From Candidatus Kaiserbacteria bacterium (lineage in GTDB: Bacteria > Patescibacteriota > Minisyncoccia > Phycocordibacterales > UBA2100), in the NCBI GenBank assembly GCA_017134395.1, contig CP070993.1:526199-590198 (forward strand): 64,000 bases of DNA, written 5' to 3'. Below are positions 18,192-27,799 of the stretch, piece after piece (position 1 is the stretch's first letter; every line of letters starts with the position of its first letter). The notes beneath the pieces were generated by a model. The model saw nothing but the letters and a program-made list of their open reading frames with translations. It made no database searches and was not told where the DNA came from. A program made the translations under genes and the position numbers.

Positions 18192-18794
18192 TTACGCAAG
18201 TACTTTATCGATTATCCCGTACTTCTTTGCTTCGTCTGCAGTCATAAAGAAGTCACGGTCGACGTCTTTATCAATTTGTGCAAGTTTTTGCCCAGTGTTT
18301 TTCGCAAGGATTTTATTTAGAGATTCACGAAGACGTAAAATGTGACGTGCGCTAATTTCAATGTCAGTTGCTTGTCCTTGTGCACCTCCCATTGGTTGGT
18401 GAATCATTACTTCTGAGTTTGGTAGCGCAAAACGTTTACCTTTCGCTCCGGCACTGAGTAATACTGATCCCATTGAAGCTGCCATTCCAACACAGATAGT
18501 CGAGACATCTGGCTTGATGTGTTTCATGGTGTCGAGAATAGCAAGTCCTGCACTTACATGACCTCCGGGAGAGTTTATGTAGAGTGCGATGTCTGCCTTC
18601 GGGTCTTCAGATTGCAGAAAAAGAAGTTGCGCAATAATTAAGTTGGCAACATGGTCGTCGATACCACCACCTAGAAAGATTATACGTTCCTTAAGTAGAC
18701 GAGAGTATATATCGTATGCACGTTCACCGTATTGGCCTTTCTCTATAACCATCGGTACGAGTTGTGCGCTTGGTGTGTTATTTTCATTGTTCAT
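18192..18794 (-). CDS. clpP: ATP-dependent Clp protease proteolytic subunit
   Basis: [29 protein letters not shown] … active-site [11 protein letters not shown]…. Confidence 0.93.
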   Translation of the reverse strand: MNNENNTPSAQLVPMVIEKGQYGERAYDIYSRLLKERIIFLGGGIDDHVANLIIAQLLFLQSEDPKADIALYINSPGGHVSAGLAILDTMKHIKPDVSTICVGMAASMGSVLLSAGAKGKRFALPNSEVMIHQPMGGAQGQATDIEISARHILRLRESLNKILAKNTGQKLAQIDKDVDRDFFMTADEAKKYGIIDKVLA

Positions 18795-18887
18795 ATTCGC
18801 GAAATATACCACGAGTCGGGCACAACTCAAACAAATACTCAATAAAGTAAACGCCTCAGTGACTGAGGCGTTTACTATTTCTGTGGC

Positions 18888-19973
18888 TTATTTACTGCTC
18901 CCAAAGGATTCAAAGTATTTGAATACCATTTCGTTGCGTTTTGTTGTTTCGGTGTAGATTCTAATGTTCTGTTCGTCTGCTTGTGGGTACGCCTGCTTTA
19001 TGTGATCGACTTCTTTTTGAACGTCTTCTTCATCTGGAGTTATTTTTTGTTCTTTAGAGATGGTATTTAGTATGAGCTGCAATTTTCCGCGTTTTTCTGC
19101 CTCAGGTTCCCAGTCCTTATGCAGTTCTTCAATAGTTTTACCAACGTTCTTTAGGTAATCTTCAAGTTTTGTTCCAGTTTGTGCAACTTCTGACTCCATC
19201 TGCATTTGAATACGTTGTATTTCTTGGTCAACCAACAGTTTTGGCAATTCTATCTTTGAATCAGCAATAATTTTCTCAACAGTTTCGATACGTTTCTTTT
19301 CGATTCCGCGAAGTTTCTTTTCTTCGAGGATGTTTTCCTTAACTTTTGCTTCGAAGTCTGCGACAGTTTTAAAGTCACCAAGTTTCTGTACAAATTCTTC
19401 GTTTAATTCAGGTAGGTCTTCATCTTTTATTTCTTCTGGAACTTTTGGTTGATCAGTACCGTCACTTTTTTGTTTTTCGTACGCATCTACCTGTGCTCGC
19501 TGGCGACGGATATGATTAAGAGTCTCCGTTAACTCTTTATCGGTAACTTCAAACTTTTCTTCCTTACTGAATATACTTTTAGCTATTTTTGTATAATCAG
19601 CGAGCTTAATCTCAGGCATAACGGCAGTAGTGGCAGTAAATTCAAGGGGGTTACCAACTGCTAGTTTTGTAATCTGTATTTGAGGAGAACCAATAGCATC
19701 TATTTTTTCTTCAACTACAATTTGAGGGTATACATCAGCAAGCGCCATGTTTGCGGCTTTCTCCATAACTTTACTGTCTCCAATGTGCCCTACAAGCATA
19801 TCTTCAGGTACATGACCCTTACGAAAACCAGGAACCTCTACGTTTGCGCCCAATTTCTTGAGGGCCTTCTTTCGATACTCTGCGATTACTTCAGCGGGTA
19901 CGGTAGCTGATATTTCATATTCAGAGCCGTCTAATTTTTTAGTTTTTACATCTGTATATTGTGTGTTTGTCAT
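18888..19973 (-). CDS. tig: trigger factor
   Basis: ribosome-binding N-domain, PPIase-like middle and C-terminal domain; tig-clpP adjacency as in many bacteria. Confidence 0.9.
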   Translation of the reverse strand: MTNTQYTDVKTKKLDGSEYEISATVPAEVIAEYRKKALKKLGANVEVPGFRKGHVPEDMLVGHIGDSKVMEKAANMALADVYPQIVVEEKIDAIGSPQIQITKLAVGNPLEFTATTAVMPEIKLADYTKIAKSIFSKEEKFEVTDKELTETLNHIRRQRAQVDAYEKQKSDGTDQPKVPEEIKDEDLPELNEEFVQKLGDFKTVADFEAKVKENILEEKKLRGIEKKRIETVEKIIADSKIELPKLLVDQEIQRIQMQMESEVAQTGTKLEDYLKNVGKTIEELHKDWEPEAEKRGKLQLILNTISKEQKITPDEEDVQKEVDHIKQAYPQADEQNIRIYTETTKRNEMVFKYFESFGSSK

Positions 19974-20006
19974 GCGCGTGAGTGTATCAGCTGTTAAACG
20001 ACAATG

Positions 20007-20075
20007 CAAAACCGCCCAGTCGTAGTTTTGGTCGATAGAAATCTCTATTTCTCAAAACTACGACTGGGCGGTTTT
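20007..20075. terminator. long hairpin (22-bp arms) between tig and the upstream gene
   Basis: aaaaccgcccagtcgtagtttt … aaaactacgactgggcggttttt. Confidence 0.6.
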
Positions 20076-20099
20076 TACCTCACTCAGATACTCTTATAT

Positions 20100-20453
20100 C
20101 TAGAGTTCTAACTCGAGTGATTCGAGATCAGCTTCGAGTTGCGCTTCGAATGCAGCGGTATCAAATGTACCTAAATCATTCTCAATTTGCACTGGTTCGT
20201 CGCTTGGTGCCGCTATATCTTCATTAAGGTTCTCTTCAAGAATTGCATCTTCGTTGGGTGCAGTATCTATACCTCTAAGAGAATCCCAGAAGTACAAACC
20301 GCCAAATACAAGGAGGATAACGATTATGATGATACCTACAAGAGGGCCAGTGCCACCTGATTTACCAGGTGTTTCTGTAACTGGCACATCTGTTTGCACT
20401 GGTTGTTCGGTTGGCTTCTGTGCTGGGGGAGTGTTGTTGTATTGTTCTTCCAT
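20100..20453 (-). CDS. hypothetical single-pass membrane protein with acidic C-terminal tail
   Basis: TM segment LVGIIIIVILLVFGGLYFW; no family recognised. Confidence 0.4.
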   Translation of the reverse strand: MEEQYNNTPPAQKPTEQPVQTDVPVTETPGKSGGTGPLVGIIIIVILLVFGGLYFWDSLRGIDTAPNEDAILEENLNEDIAAPSDEPVQIENDLGTFDTAAFEAQLEADLESLELEL

Positions 20454-20474
20454 ACGTTACGTTTATTAGAGTGA

Positions 20475-21419
20475 TTATTCAGTTTCGTCTGAATCATCAG
20501 CTGGGTTAGTAATGTCTTTTATTGCTCGTGTAGCATCTTTAAGTGCACTGTGCGCTTCTTTTACCAATTCTGTTGCACCACGCACTGCTTCCTTCATTGA
20601 ATCGAGGTGGTCCCGTGGAGTATCTGACTCAAGTGCCTCGGTAAATATAGTTCGAGCATTAGCTACTGCACTCGATGCTTCGCTAATTGCTTGCTCTGCT
20701 TCTACAGCGGCAGTCGTTGCAAATGCCGTATCAACTCCATCTGCATCTAGTTGTGCAAGTTTGTTGTGTATACGGTCTAGGATGCCGGTAAAACTATCCA
20801 GTGCCCCCCCAAGGCGTCCGAGGATGCCTTCTAGTTGACCTTTGATTCGGTTTCCAGCTTCACTTTTAATCTCGGCCTTTAATTCGCCACGTTGTTCGCG
20901 GATTTCTTCACGGAGATTTGCTGCACGTCCACGGAATTCGTCTCGTTTTTGTAATGCCTCTTCTCGCATTGTCTCTCGTTCTGCGCGCGCTGCTTCCAAT
21001 ATTGTTTGTCGTTCCTCTGGTGTATCAGCTGCATCAAGCGCTTCTTTTATTTCGCTTTTGCGTGCCTCGAATTCTTCTTTCGCACCATCTCGCATTTCTT
21101 TGCCTTCATTAGTAAGTTCTTTACGCGTTTCAATAACGCGATTTTGAAATGCGTCTCTCTTTTCCTCAATTATATTGCGTATATCCTCGTTCTCTTCTTT
21201 TACTTCCTCCCTGTTTGCACGAAACGCTTCTCGTGCCTCTTTGGTGTCAGCTTGTAGTGATCTGAATGGAATGGGTTTTCCATCTGGGCTATTTATTCTA
21301 TCTGTTGCAGGAGCAGGGAAAGCCTCTTGCGCCGAAACAACTTGTACACCAGCAACAAATGCCAATGTAACAATTATTGCAAGCGTAACAGCAACCGATA
21401 ATGAATGAGTGTTTGTCAT
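20475..21419 (-). CDS. hypothetical secreted coiled-coil protein (E/K/R-rich)
   Basis: signal-peptide-like N-terminus LSVAVTLAIIVTLAFVAGVQVVSAQE; heptad-like charged repeats. Confidence 0.45.
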   Translation of the reverse strand: MTNTHSLSVAVTLAIIVTLAFVAGVQVVSAQEAFPAPATDRINSPDGKPIPFRSLQADTKEAREAFRANREEVKEENEDIRNIIEEKRDAFQNRVIETRKELTNEGKEMRDGAKEEFEARKSEIKEALDAADTPEERQTILEAARAERETMREEALQKRDEFRGRAANLREEIREQRGELKAEIKSEAGNRIKGQLEGILGRLGGALDSFTGILDRIHNKLAQLDADGVDTAFATTAAVEAEQAISEASSAVANARTIFTEALESDTPRDHLDSMKEAVRGATELVKEAHSALKDATRAIKDITNPADDSDETE

Positions 21420-21492
21420 AAGATGTATATATTAATAATTTGTAACGTACAGAAAATATGCGACGGGAGCCGCTTTTCTTACTGTATATGGT

Positions 21493-21527
21493 AACACCCC
21501 CTGCTCGCGTAGCGAGCAGGGGGTGTT
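21493..21527. terminator. intrinsic terminator downstream of ppa
   Basis: aacaccccctgctcgc-gtag-cgagcagggggtgtt. Confidence 0.8.
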
Positions 21528-21558
21528 AATTGAGCTTTGATAAGCGTTTTATTGTTAT

Positions 21559-22089
21559 CTACTTCTCAAACTTCTCTTTATAGAGAGCAATTCCTTCAGT
21601 AATTGCTTTTTTCGCGGCTTTCGCTCCTTCAATACCGTTCACTTCTACCTCTTTATCTTGGAGTTTCTTGTATGTTCCAAAAAAGTGTTCGATTTCTTTC
21701 AAGGTATGTGGATTAACGTCAGCTTTGTCTTGCACGGCGTCCCAGCGCGGGTCTTCTGTTGGCACTGCGATAACTTTGTCATCGTTGTCACCACCATCAA
21801 TCATCTTCAGGAGTGCTACTGGCCGTACGCGAGCTAATATTCCCGGGTATAGAGGATGTGTTGTAAGGACGATAACGTCAAGTGCATCGTCGTCGTGCCA
21901 ATATGTTTGCGGTACGAACCCGTAATCAAATGGGTAGTCTTGTGCTGTGTGCATGACTCGATCGAGTGCAATCATGCCTGTCTCTTTGTCGATTTCGTAC
22001 TTATTTTTTGAACCGCGGTTGATCTCAATAATAACGTTTGCTTCATTAGGAGTGTTTTCACCTGCGGATACATCGTGCTGAAGGTTCAT
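21559..22089 (-). CDS. ppa: inorganic pyrophosphatase (family I)
   Basis: DYPFDYGFVPQTYWHDDDALDVIVL…, 176 aa. Confidence 0.92.
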   Translation of the reverse strand: MNLQHDVSAGENTPNEANVIIEINRGSKNKYEIDKETGMIALDRVMHTAQDYPFDYGFVPQTYWHDDDALDVIVLTTHPLYPGILARVRPVALLKMIDGGDNDDKVIAVPTEDPRWDAVQDKADVNPHTLKEIEHFFGTYKKLQDKEVEVNGIEGAKAAKKAITEGIALYKEKFEK

Positions 22090-22138
22090 AGTAGTAGTTT
22101 AGTTAGTTTTGTTAAAGATATTTACTAGAATAACGTAC

Positions 22139-23455
22139 TTATTCCTTTCCTGCTTCCTTTTCTGTGTCAGTATCTGCTTCTTCGTTTACTTCTTCTGTTT
22201 CGTCTTCTGGAGCTTCTTTTTTCTCCTCCTGTTCCTCAACTGCCTCTTCCTTGTGATTTTCAACTTCTTCCACTGCTTCTTTTGTTTCGGCTGGGGCTGG
22301 TATTTCAACTTCTCCGTCCTCATCAGTTTCAGCGAGTGCTTCTCCTTTGGCTGATTTAATATCAATACCCCAACCAGTAAGTTTAGCGGCAAGACGTACG
22401 TTTTGCCCACCACGACCGATTGCAAGTGATTGCTGGTCCTCGGTTACTTCAACAGCAGCACGTTTCTCTTCTTCAGAAATCTCTACTGAAAGAATTTCTG
22501 CTGGTGAGAGTGCGCGCTCGATAAATTCACGCGTGTCTTCTGCCCATTCAATGATGTCTATTTTTTCTCCGCCGAGTTCACTTGTTACGGTAGAAACACG
22601 CACTCCTCTTTGTCCAACAAGTGAACCAACAGGATCAATGTGATCATCGTGCGTTACTACGGCAATCTTAGAGCGAGAACCAGCTTCACGTGCAACTTCT
22701 TTTATTTCTATTGTTCCATTTGCAAGTTCTGGAGACTCAAGTTCGAATAAACGTACTAAGAACTGCGGGTGGGAACGTGACAACTTTAAGAATGTCCCGC
22801 GAGGGCTTTCATCTACTTTGTATAAAAGAGCGCGAATCCGCTCACCTTGACGGTATCGCTCACCGGGGATTTGTTCTTCGTACGGTAAGATGCCAGTTGC
22901 GCGCCCGAGGTCTACATAGAGGTTTCCACGTTCAAATCGTTGTACGTGTCCTGAAACTACCTGACCTTCATGTTCACCAAACTCTTCTATAATAGATACT
23001 TTTTCAGCTTCACGAATCTTCTGCATAATGACCTGCTTAGCTGTTTGTGCTGCAATGCGGCCAAAGTCTTCTTGTGCTTCAAGAGGGAAATCTACTTCGT
23101 CATCAAGTTCAACTCCTTTCTTAATGAGGCGAGCATCTTCAATCATGATGTGATGTTCTGGATTGAAACGAGTTCGGTCGTCGTCTGCCGCCACTTCTTC
23201 TGGCTCTTCTCCCTCCACATCTTCTGGGCGAACAAGCGTTTCGTCTACGACGATCTTTATCTGCTTAAATTCCACATCTCCAACTTCAGTGTTGAATGCA
23301 GCACGAATAATCTGACCACGTTTTCCGTACTCTTTTTTATATGCCGCCGCAAGAGCCATCTCGATAGCGCTAATGACCTTCTCGCGTGGAATGCCTCGGT
23401 CTTCTTCTAGCTCACCAAGGACTGAATTAATTACTTTTAAATCAAATAAACTCAT
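22139..23455 (-). CDS. nusA: transcription termination/antitermination factor NusA with acidic C-terminal extension
   Basis: N-terminal domain MSLFDLKVINSVLGELEE…, S1 and two KH domains, C-terminal E-rich tail. Confidence 0.92.
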   Translation of the reverse strand: MSLFDLKVINSVLGELEEDRGIPREKVISAIEMALAAAYKKEYGKRGQIIRAAFNTEVGDVEFKQIKIVVDETLVRPEDVEGEEPEEVAADDDRTRFNPEHHIMIEDARLIKKGVELDDEVDFPLEAQEDFGRIAAQTAKQVIMQKIREAEKVSIIEEFGEHEGQVVSGHVQRFERGNLYVDLGRATGILPYEEQIPGERYRQGERIRALLYKVDESPRGTFLKLSRSHPQFLVRLFELESPELANGTIEIKEVAREAGSRSKIAVVTHDDHIDPVGSLVGQRGVRVSTVTSELGGEKIDIIEWAEDTREFIERALSPAEILSVEISEEEKRAAVEVTEDQQSLAIGRGGQNVRLAAKLTGWGIDIKSAKGEALAETDEDGEVEIPAPAETKEAVEEVENHKEEAVEEQEEKKEAPEDETEEVNEEADTDTEKEAGKE

Positions 23456-23676
23456 AGTTTTTTAGGTTACCACACTGATTTTTGTAAAAAGAAAGACCGG
23501 CACAAGCCGGACTATTCATAAACAGTATGTGCTACGCAGTATACCTACTGCTTGTAATCAAGTCAATACTACTGAGGTCTTGCATAAAGGTGCTTCTACA
23601 CAGTAAAAAAGGGCTTTAAATGCGGCATTTGGTATACTTACATACAAGAGGGTGCAGTAAGCACTCGTGTTATCAC

Positions 23677-25422
23677 ATGTACATTAATGACGAACAACTT
23701 CGTGAATTTTTAAGCGACTCAGGACTTGTTTCGCAGAAAAAATTCGATAACGCTGTAAAAACAGCGACAGAAAAAAGCATTACGGTGAGTGAAGTGTTGG
23801 TTTCAGAAGGAGAGATTTCTGAAGACGATTTGCGACGCTCGCACGCGTACGTACTTGGTATTCCTTTTGTTAATTTGTCTGATTCAAAACCAGATCTTAA
23901 TACTCTGGCTCTTATTCCAGAACCTATTGCGCGACGTAATAATATTGTTGCGTTTAGGCAAGAAGAGAACAATTTGGAAGTTGCCATGCTTGATACGGAT
24001 GATTTGGCAGCGATTGATTTCGTAAAGAAGAAGACGCAGCTTAAGATTCTGCCGCGACTTACTGACGCTGCATCAATTAAACAGATGCTTCGCTTGTACC
24101 AAAAGACACTTCGCGACGAATTGGGAGATGTAATTACGCGTGAATCACAAACGCTTGAAAAGTTTGGAAAATTACAACCAGAGAACGAAAAGGATTTACG
24201 AAAACTTGCAGAAGGAGTTCCTGCTGTACGAGTGCTTGATTCATTACTGCGCCACGCAATTGTACAAAATGCATCTGACATACATATAGAGCCACAAGAA
24301 GACGCGCTGTTAGTTCGCTATCGTATTGATGGAATTTTGCATGACGCTATGTCACTGCCAAGTAGTGCCACTGCTTCGATTACTGCACGTGTAAAAATTT
24401 TGGCCAACTTACGGTTGGATGAAAAAAGACTCCCTCAAGATGGGCGGTTCAGAATGGAGACAGATGGCGATAGGGTGTCATTCCGTGTTTCAGTGCTACC
24501 GACGTATCATGGAGAAAAAACAGTTATGCGATTGTTGCGCGAAGACGTTTCTGGATTCACATTAGAATCTCTTGGCTTTCATGGTGAGGGGCTTGAACGC
24601 TCACATGATGCTACTAGAAAGAAAACTGGGTTGATTCTTGTTACAGGCCCAACCGGTTCTGGTAAGTCAACAACTCTCTATACTATGTTGGATATTTTAA
24701 ATACTGCAGACGTCAATATTTCAACAGTTGAAGATCCGATTGAGTATCAGATGAAGCGCATAAACCAAACACAAGTTCGACCAGACATTGGATTCACATT
24801 CTCTACAGGGCTTCGGTCACTCGTCCGGCAAGACCCTGATATTATTATGGTTGGTGAAATTCGAGACCGCGAAACTGCGGCGTTAGCCATTAATGCAGCA
24901 CTTACTGGCCACCTTGTGCTTTCAACGCTTCACACCAATTCAGCAGCTGGCGCAGTGCCACGTCTTATTGATATGGGGGTAGAGCCTTTTTTACTTGCAT
25001 CAACATTGCAAGTAGTTATTGGCCAACGACTTGTTCGTACACTGTGTAACGATAGAGAAGAATACAAACTATCCGCCGCCGAAATTAGGGGTCTGGAAGA
25101 GATGGCCGACTTAGGGGCCGTACTGAAGGCATTAAAAGAAGAAGACATTGTTTCCCAAAAAAGTACATTTAAAAATGTTTCTCTTTCAAAAGAAAAGCCA
25201 ACAAAAGAATGTGAGACGGGTTACAGTGGACGAAAGGGAATTCAAGAAGTACTGCCGGTGACAGAAGGAATTAAAAAAATGATTCTTTCAGGGTCTTCAG
25301 CTGATGCTATTGAAGATCAGGCACGAAAAGAGGGGATGCTTACCATGCTTGAGGATGGTATTTACAAAAGCGCATCAGGAACGACGAGTCTTGCCGAAGT
25401 ACTTCGTGTGGTAAGTGAATAA
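23677..25422 (+). CDS. pilB: type IV pilus assembly / type II secretion ATPase (PilB/GspE family)
   Basis: Walker A GPTGSGKST, GspE N-domain, Asp and His boxes; 581 aa from the Met at 23677. Confidence 0.9.
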   Translation: MYINDEQLREFLSDSGLVSQKKFDNAVKTATEKSITVSEVLVSEGEISEDDLRRSHAYVLGIPFVNLSDSKPDLNTLALIPEPIARRNNIVAFRQEENNLEVAMLDTDDLAAIDFVKKKTQLKILPRLTDAASIKQMLRLYQKTLRDELGDVITRESQTLEKFGKLQPENEKDLRKLAEGVPAVRVLDSLLRHAIVQNASDIHIEPQEDALLVRYRIDGILHDAMSLPSSATASITARVKILANLRLDEKRLPQDGRFRMETDGDRVSFRVSVLPTYHGEKTVMRLLREDVSGFTLESLGFHGEGLERSHDATRKKTGLILVTGPTGSGKSTTLYTMLDILNTADVNISTVEDPIEYQMKRINQTQVRPDIGFTFSTGLRSLVRQDPDIIMVGEIRDRETAALAINAALTGHLVLSTLHTNSAAGAVPRLIDMGVEPFLLASTLQVVIGQRLVRTLCNDREEYKLSAAEIRGLEEMADLGAVLKALKEEDIVSQKSTFKNVSLSKEKPTKECETGYSGRKGIQEVLPVTEGIKKMILSGSSADAIEDQARKEGMLTMLEDGIYKSASGTTSLAEVLRVVSE

Positions 25423-25425
25423 TAT

Positions 25426-26634
25426 ATGAAGTTCACCTACAAAGCAGAACGAGATGGGGAGACGTACACTGACACTATTGAAGCAACTGATAGGTTTGAG
25501 GTGTATAGACATGTGAGAGCAGAGGGGGGAACGGTGATTTCGGTTACCTCGGAAGCACAAAACAACTGGAGTCTTACGTATTGGAATTCTAAATTTTCGA
25601 CAGTAAAAGAGCACGACAAAATTGTGTTCGCATCAAACCTTGCAGCCATGATTTCAGCCGGACTTCCGATATCGCGTGCGCTTTCAGTTGCAGAGAGACA
25701 GGCAAAAAACCCCAAACTAAAAAGCGTTATCTTGCATGTGCGTGGGGATATTCAAAAGGGCGGCACGTTTCATGAGGCGCTTGGTAGATTTCCTAATATA
25801 TTTTCTAAATTATTTGTCGCAATGGTTCGCGCAGGTGAAGAGTCAGGAACACTCGATGAGGCACTTACGACAGTTGGAAACCAACTTCAACGCTCATACG
25901 AACTGAAGAAAAAAATTAAAGGAGCACTTATTTATCCAAGTATTATTGTAGTGGCTATTGTTGGTATTGGTTTTCTGATGATGACTGAAGTAGTACCAAC
26001 ACTTTCGAAGACATTTACAGAATTAGGAGCTGATCTCCCCAAGGCAACGCAGGCGATTATTAATGTGAGTGATTTTTTGGTGAATTACACACTCCTTGTA
26101 CTACTTGGCGTTTTGGGTTCTGTTGCAGGGGTATATGGAATTTTACGAACAGCTGGTGGTCAGCGTGGCAGAGATAAGATTCTCCTAACGACTCCTTTAA
26201 TTGGTGAGCTTGTGAAAGAAATTAATGCAGCACGAACTGCACGGACATTTGCTTCGCTCCTAGCGGCTGGGGTAGATATTCTTACTGCACTTCAAATTAC
26301 TGGCGAAGTTGTACAAAACCACTATCACAAAGATGTGCTTAAAGCAGCAGCAGAAAAAGTTCAAAAGGGAGGGCAGCTTTCGGATACATTTATGAAACGA
26401 GAAGATCTCTACCCGCCGCTTATGGGTGAGATGATAGCAGTAGGTGAAGAGACAGGTGCACTTGCTGACATGCTTTTACGTGTAGCTACTTTTTACGAAG
26501 GCGAGGTTGAACAAAAAACAAAAAATATGTCGACAATTATTGAACCATTTCTCATGTTAATCATTGGTGTGACTGTCGGGTTCTTCGCAGTTGCGATGAT
26601 AGGACCTATTTACTCTCTCTCTGAGGCTTTCTAA
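25426..26634 (+). CDS. pilC: type IV pilus inner-membrane platform protein (PilC/GspF family)
   Basis: two GspF repeats, 3 TM helices, 402 aa, immediately downstream of pilB. Confidence 0.9.
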   Translation: MKFTYKAERDGETYTDTIEATDRFEVYRHVRAEGGTVISVTSEAQNNWSLTYWNSKFSTVKEHDKIVFASNLAAMISAGLPISRALSVAERQAKNPKLKSVILHVRGDIQKGGTFHEALGRFPNIFSKLFVAMVRAGEESGTLDEALTTVGNQLQRSYELKKKIKGALIYPSIIVVAIVGIGFLMMTEVVPTLSKTFTELGADLPKATQAIINVSDFLVNYTLLVLLGVLGSVAGVYGILRTAGGQRGRDKILLTTPLIGELVKEINAARTARTFASLLAAGVDILTALQITGEVVQNHYHKDVLKAAAEKVQKGGQLSDTFMKREDLYPPLMGEMIAVGEETGALADMLLRVATFYEGEVEQKTKNMSTIIEPFLMLIIGVTVGFFAVAMIGPIYSLSEAF

Positions 26635-26656
26635 CCCAAAAAATAATATTGATTGG

Positions 26657-26680
26657 TAACATACTGATGCATCAGTATGT
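26657..26680. promoter_or_regulatory. perfect 24-bp palindrome (candidate operator) between pilC and the pilin genes
   Basis: aacatactgatg|catcagtatgtt; core ACTGATGCATCAGT shared with 37029-37049 and 37498-37518. Confidence 0.55.
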
Positions 26681-26738
26681 TTGAGTTCTCAGCAACGAGT
26701 GTACACGTGTATTCAACAGTACGGTACAATACTAAGTA

Positions 26739-27200
26739 ATGAAGTCGAATGTTCTTTATATACGAGGGGTAGGACTGCTAGAGATTGTAGTAGGAGTATC
26801 ACTCCTTACCACGGTTTTTGTAGGAATGTTTGGCGTGTTACAGCTCGGAACTCGGCTTGCGACAGATAATAAATCTCGTACCGGAGCACTCGCACTTGCG
26901 ATTGAGAGAATGGAATACATACGTAGCCTCGATTACGATGATATCGGGACGGTTGGTGGAGACCCTTCAGGTGCCCTCTTGGTGAGTGTACCAATTACAC
27001 TGAATAACATTGCGTACACACAACGCACGTATATTGTATATGTAGATGATCCCAAAGATGGTTCCGGTGGCTCAGATTCAAATGGTATAACCGATGACTA
27101 CAAGAGGGTAAAAGTTGAGGTGTCATGGGTGGGTCCAAAAAATAATGTACGAGAGACTACGTTAGTGAGTGATATTTCATCGCTATTAATAGAATCATAG
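26739..27200 (+). CDS. prepilin-type (pseudopilin-like) protein
   Basis: N-terminus MKSNVLYIRGVGLLEIVVGVSLL resembles a class III signal with Glu at +5; 153 aa. Confidence 0.6.
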   Translation: MKSNVLYIRGVGLLEIVVGVSLLTTVFVGMFGVLQLGTRLATDNKSRTGALALAIERMEYIRSLDYDDIGTVGGDPSGALLVSVPITLNNIAYTQRTYIVYVDDPKDGSGGSDSNGITDDYKRVKVEVSWVGPKNNVRETTLVSDISSLLIES

Positions 27201-27201
27201 T

Positions 27202-27798
27202 ATGAAATATTACGCATCACAGCGCGGATTTACTTTATTAGAAGCAGTTGTATTACTGGGCGTGTTTGTTTTGATTGTCGGCGCTATTGTTTCTTCACTA
27301 CGGTATGTCTATCGAGGTCAGCGGTTTGCTTTTGAACAAGCTGATGCGACGCGTTCAGCTCGAACTGGTATTGAACGCGCGGTGCAAGATTTACGCGAAG
27401 CATCAGATGCAGACAATGGCGCGTATCCTATTGTATCGATGGCAACAAGCAGCGTTTCTTTCTATAGTGACTACGACAATGACAATAAAATTGAACAGAT
27501 TCGGTATTTTATAGATGGGACAGATTTCAAAAAAGGAATTATAGAATCTAGTGGAGACCCTCCTGTGTACAATGGGGGAAGTGAGGTGGTGACAACTATT
27601 GCAACTGAGGTTCGTAATAATGTAATCGGTACACCTATGTTTACTTACTATGATAAGAGTGGGGTATTTATGAATGACTATACTGATATCGACCAACTGG
27701 CTTTTGTGACGCTACGACTTGTTGTTAATCTGCACCCAGAACGCGCGCCTGATGATTTTGAGCTCAGAAGTAGCGCCGCACTCCGTAACATTAGATAA
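27202..27798 (+). CDS. type IV pilin-like protein
   Basis: canonical prepilin signal RGFTLLEAVVLLGVFVLIVGAI. Confidence 0.75.
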   Translation: MKYYASQRGFTLLEAVVLLGVFVLIVGAIVSSLRYVYRGQRFAFEQADATRSARTGIERAVQDLREASDADNGAYPIVSMATSSVSFYSDYDNDNKIEQIRYFIDGTDFKKGIIESSGDPPVYNGGSEVVTTIATEVRNNVIGTPMFTYYDKSGVFMNDYTDIDQLAFVTLRLVVNLHPERAPDDFELRSSAALRNIR

Positions 27799-27799
27799 T

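Noticed and set aside
20512-21408. Serine/alanine-rich plus-strand ORFs (20512-20838, 20842-21147, 20918-21112, 21006-21257, 21175-21408) antisense to the coiled-coil protein gene
   Set aside because: Reverse-complement frames of an E/K/R-rich coding region naturally yield long S/L/F-rich ORFs; there are no expression signals.
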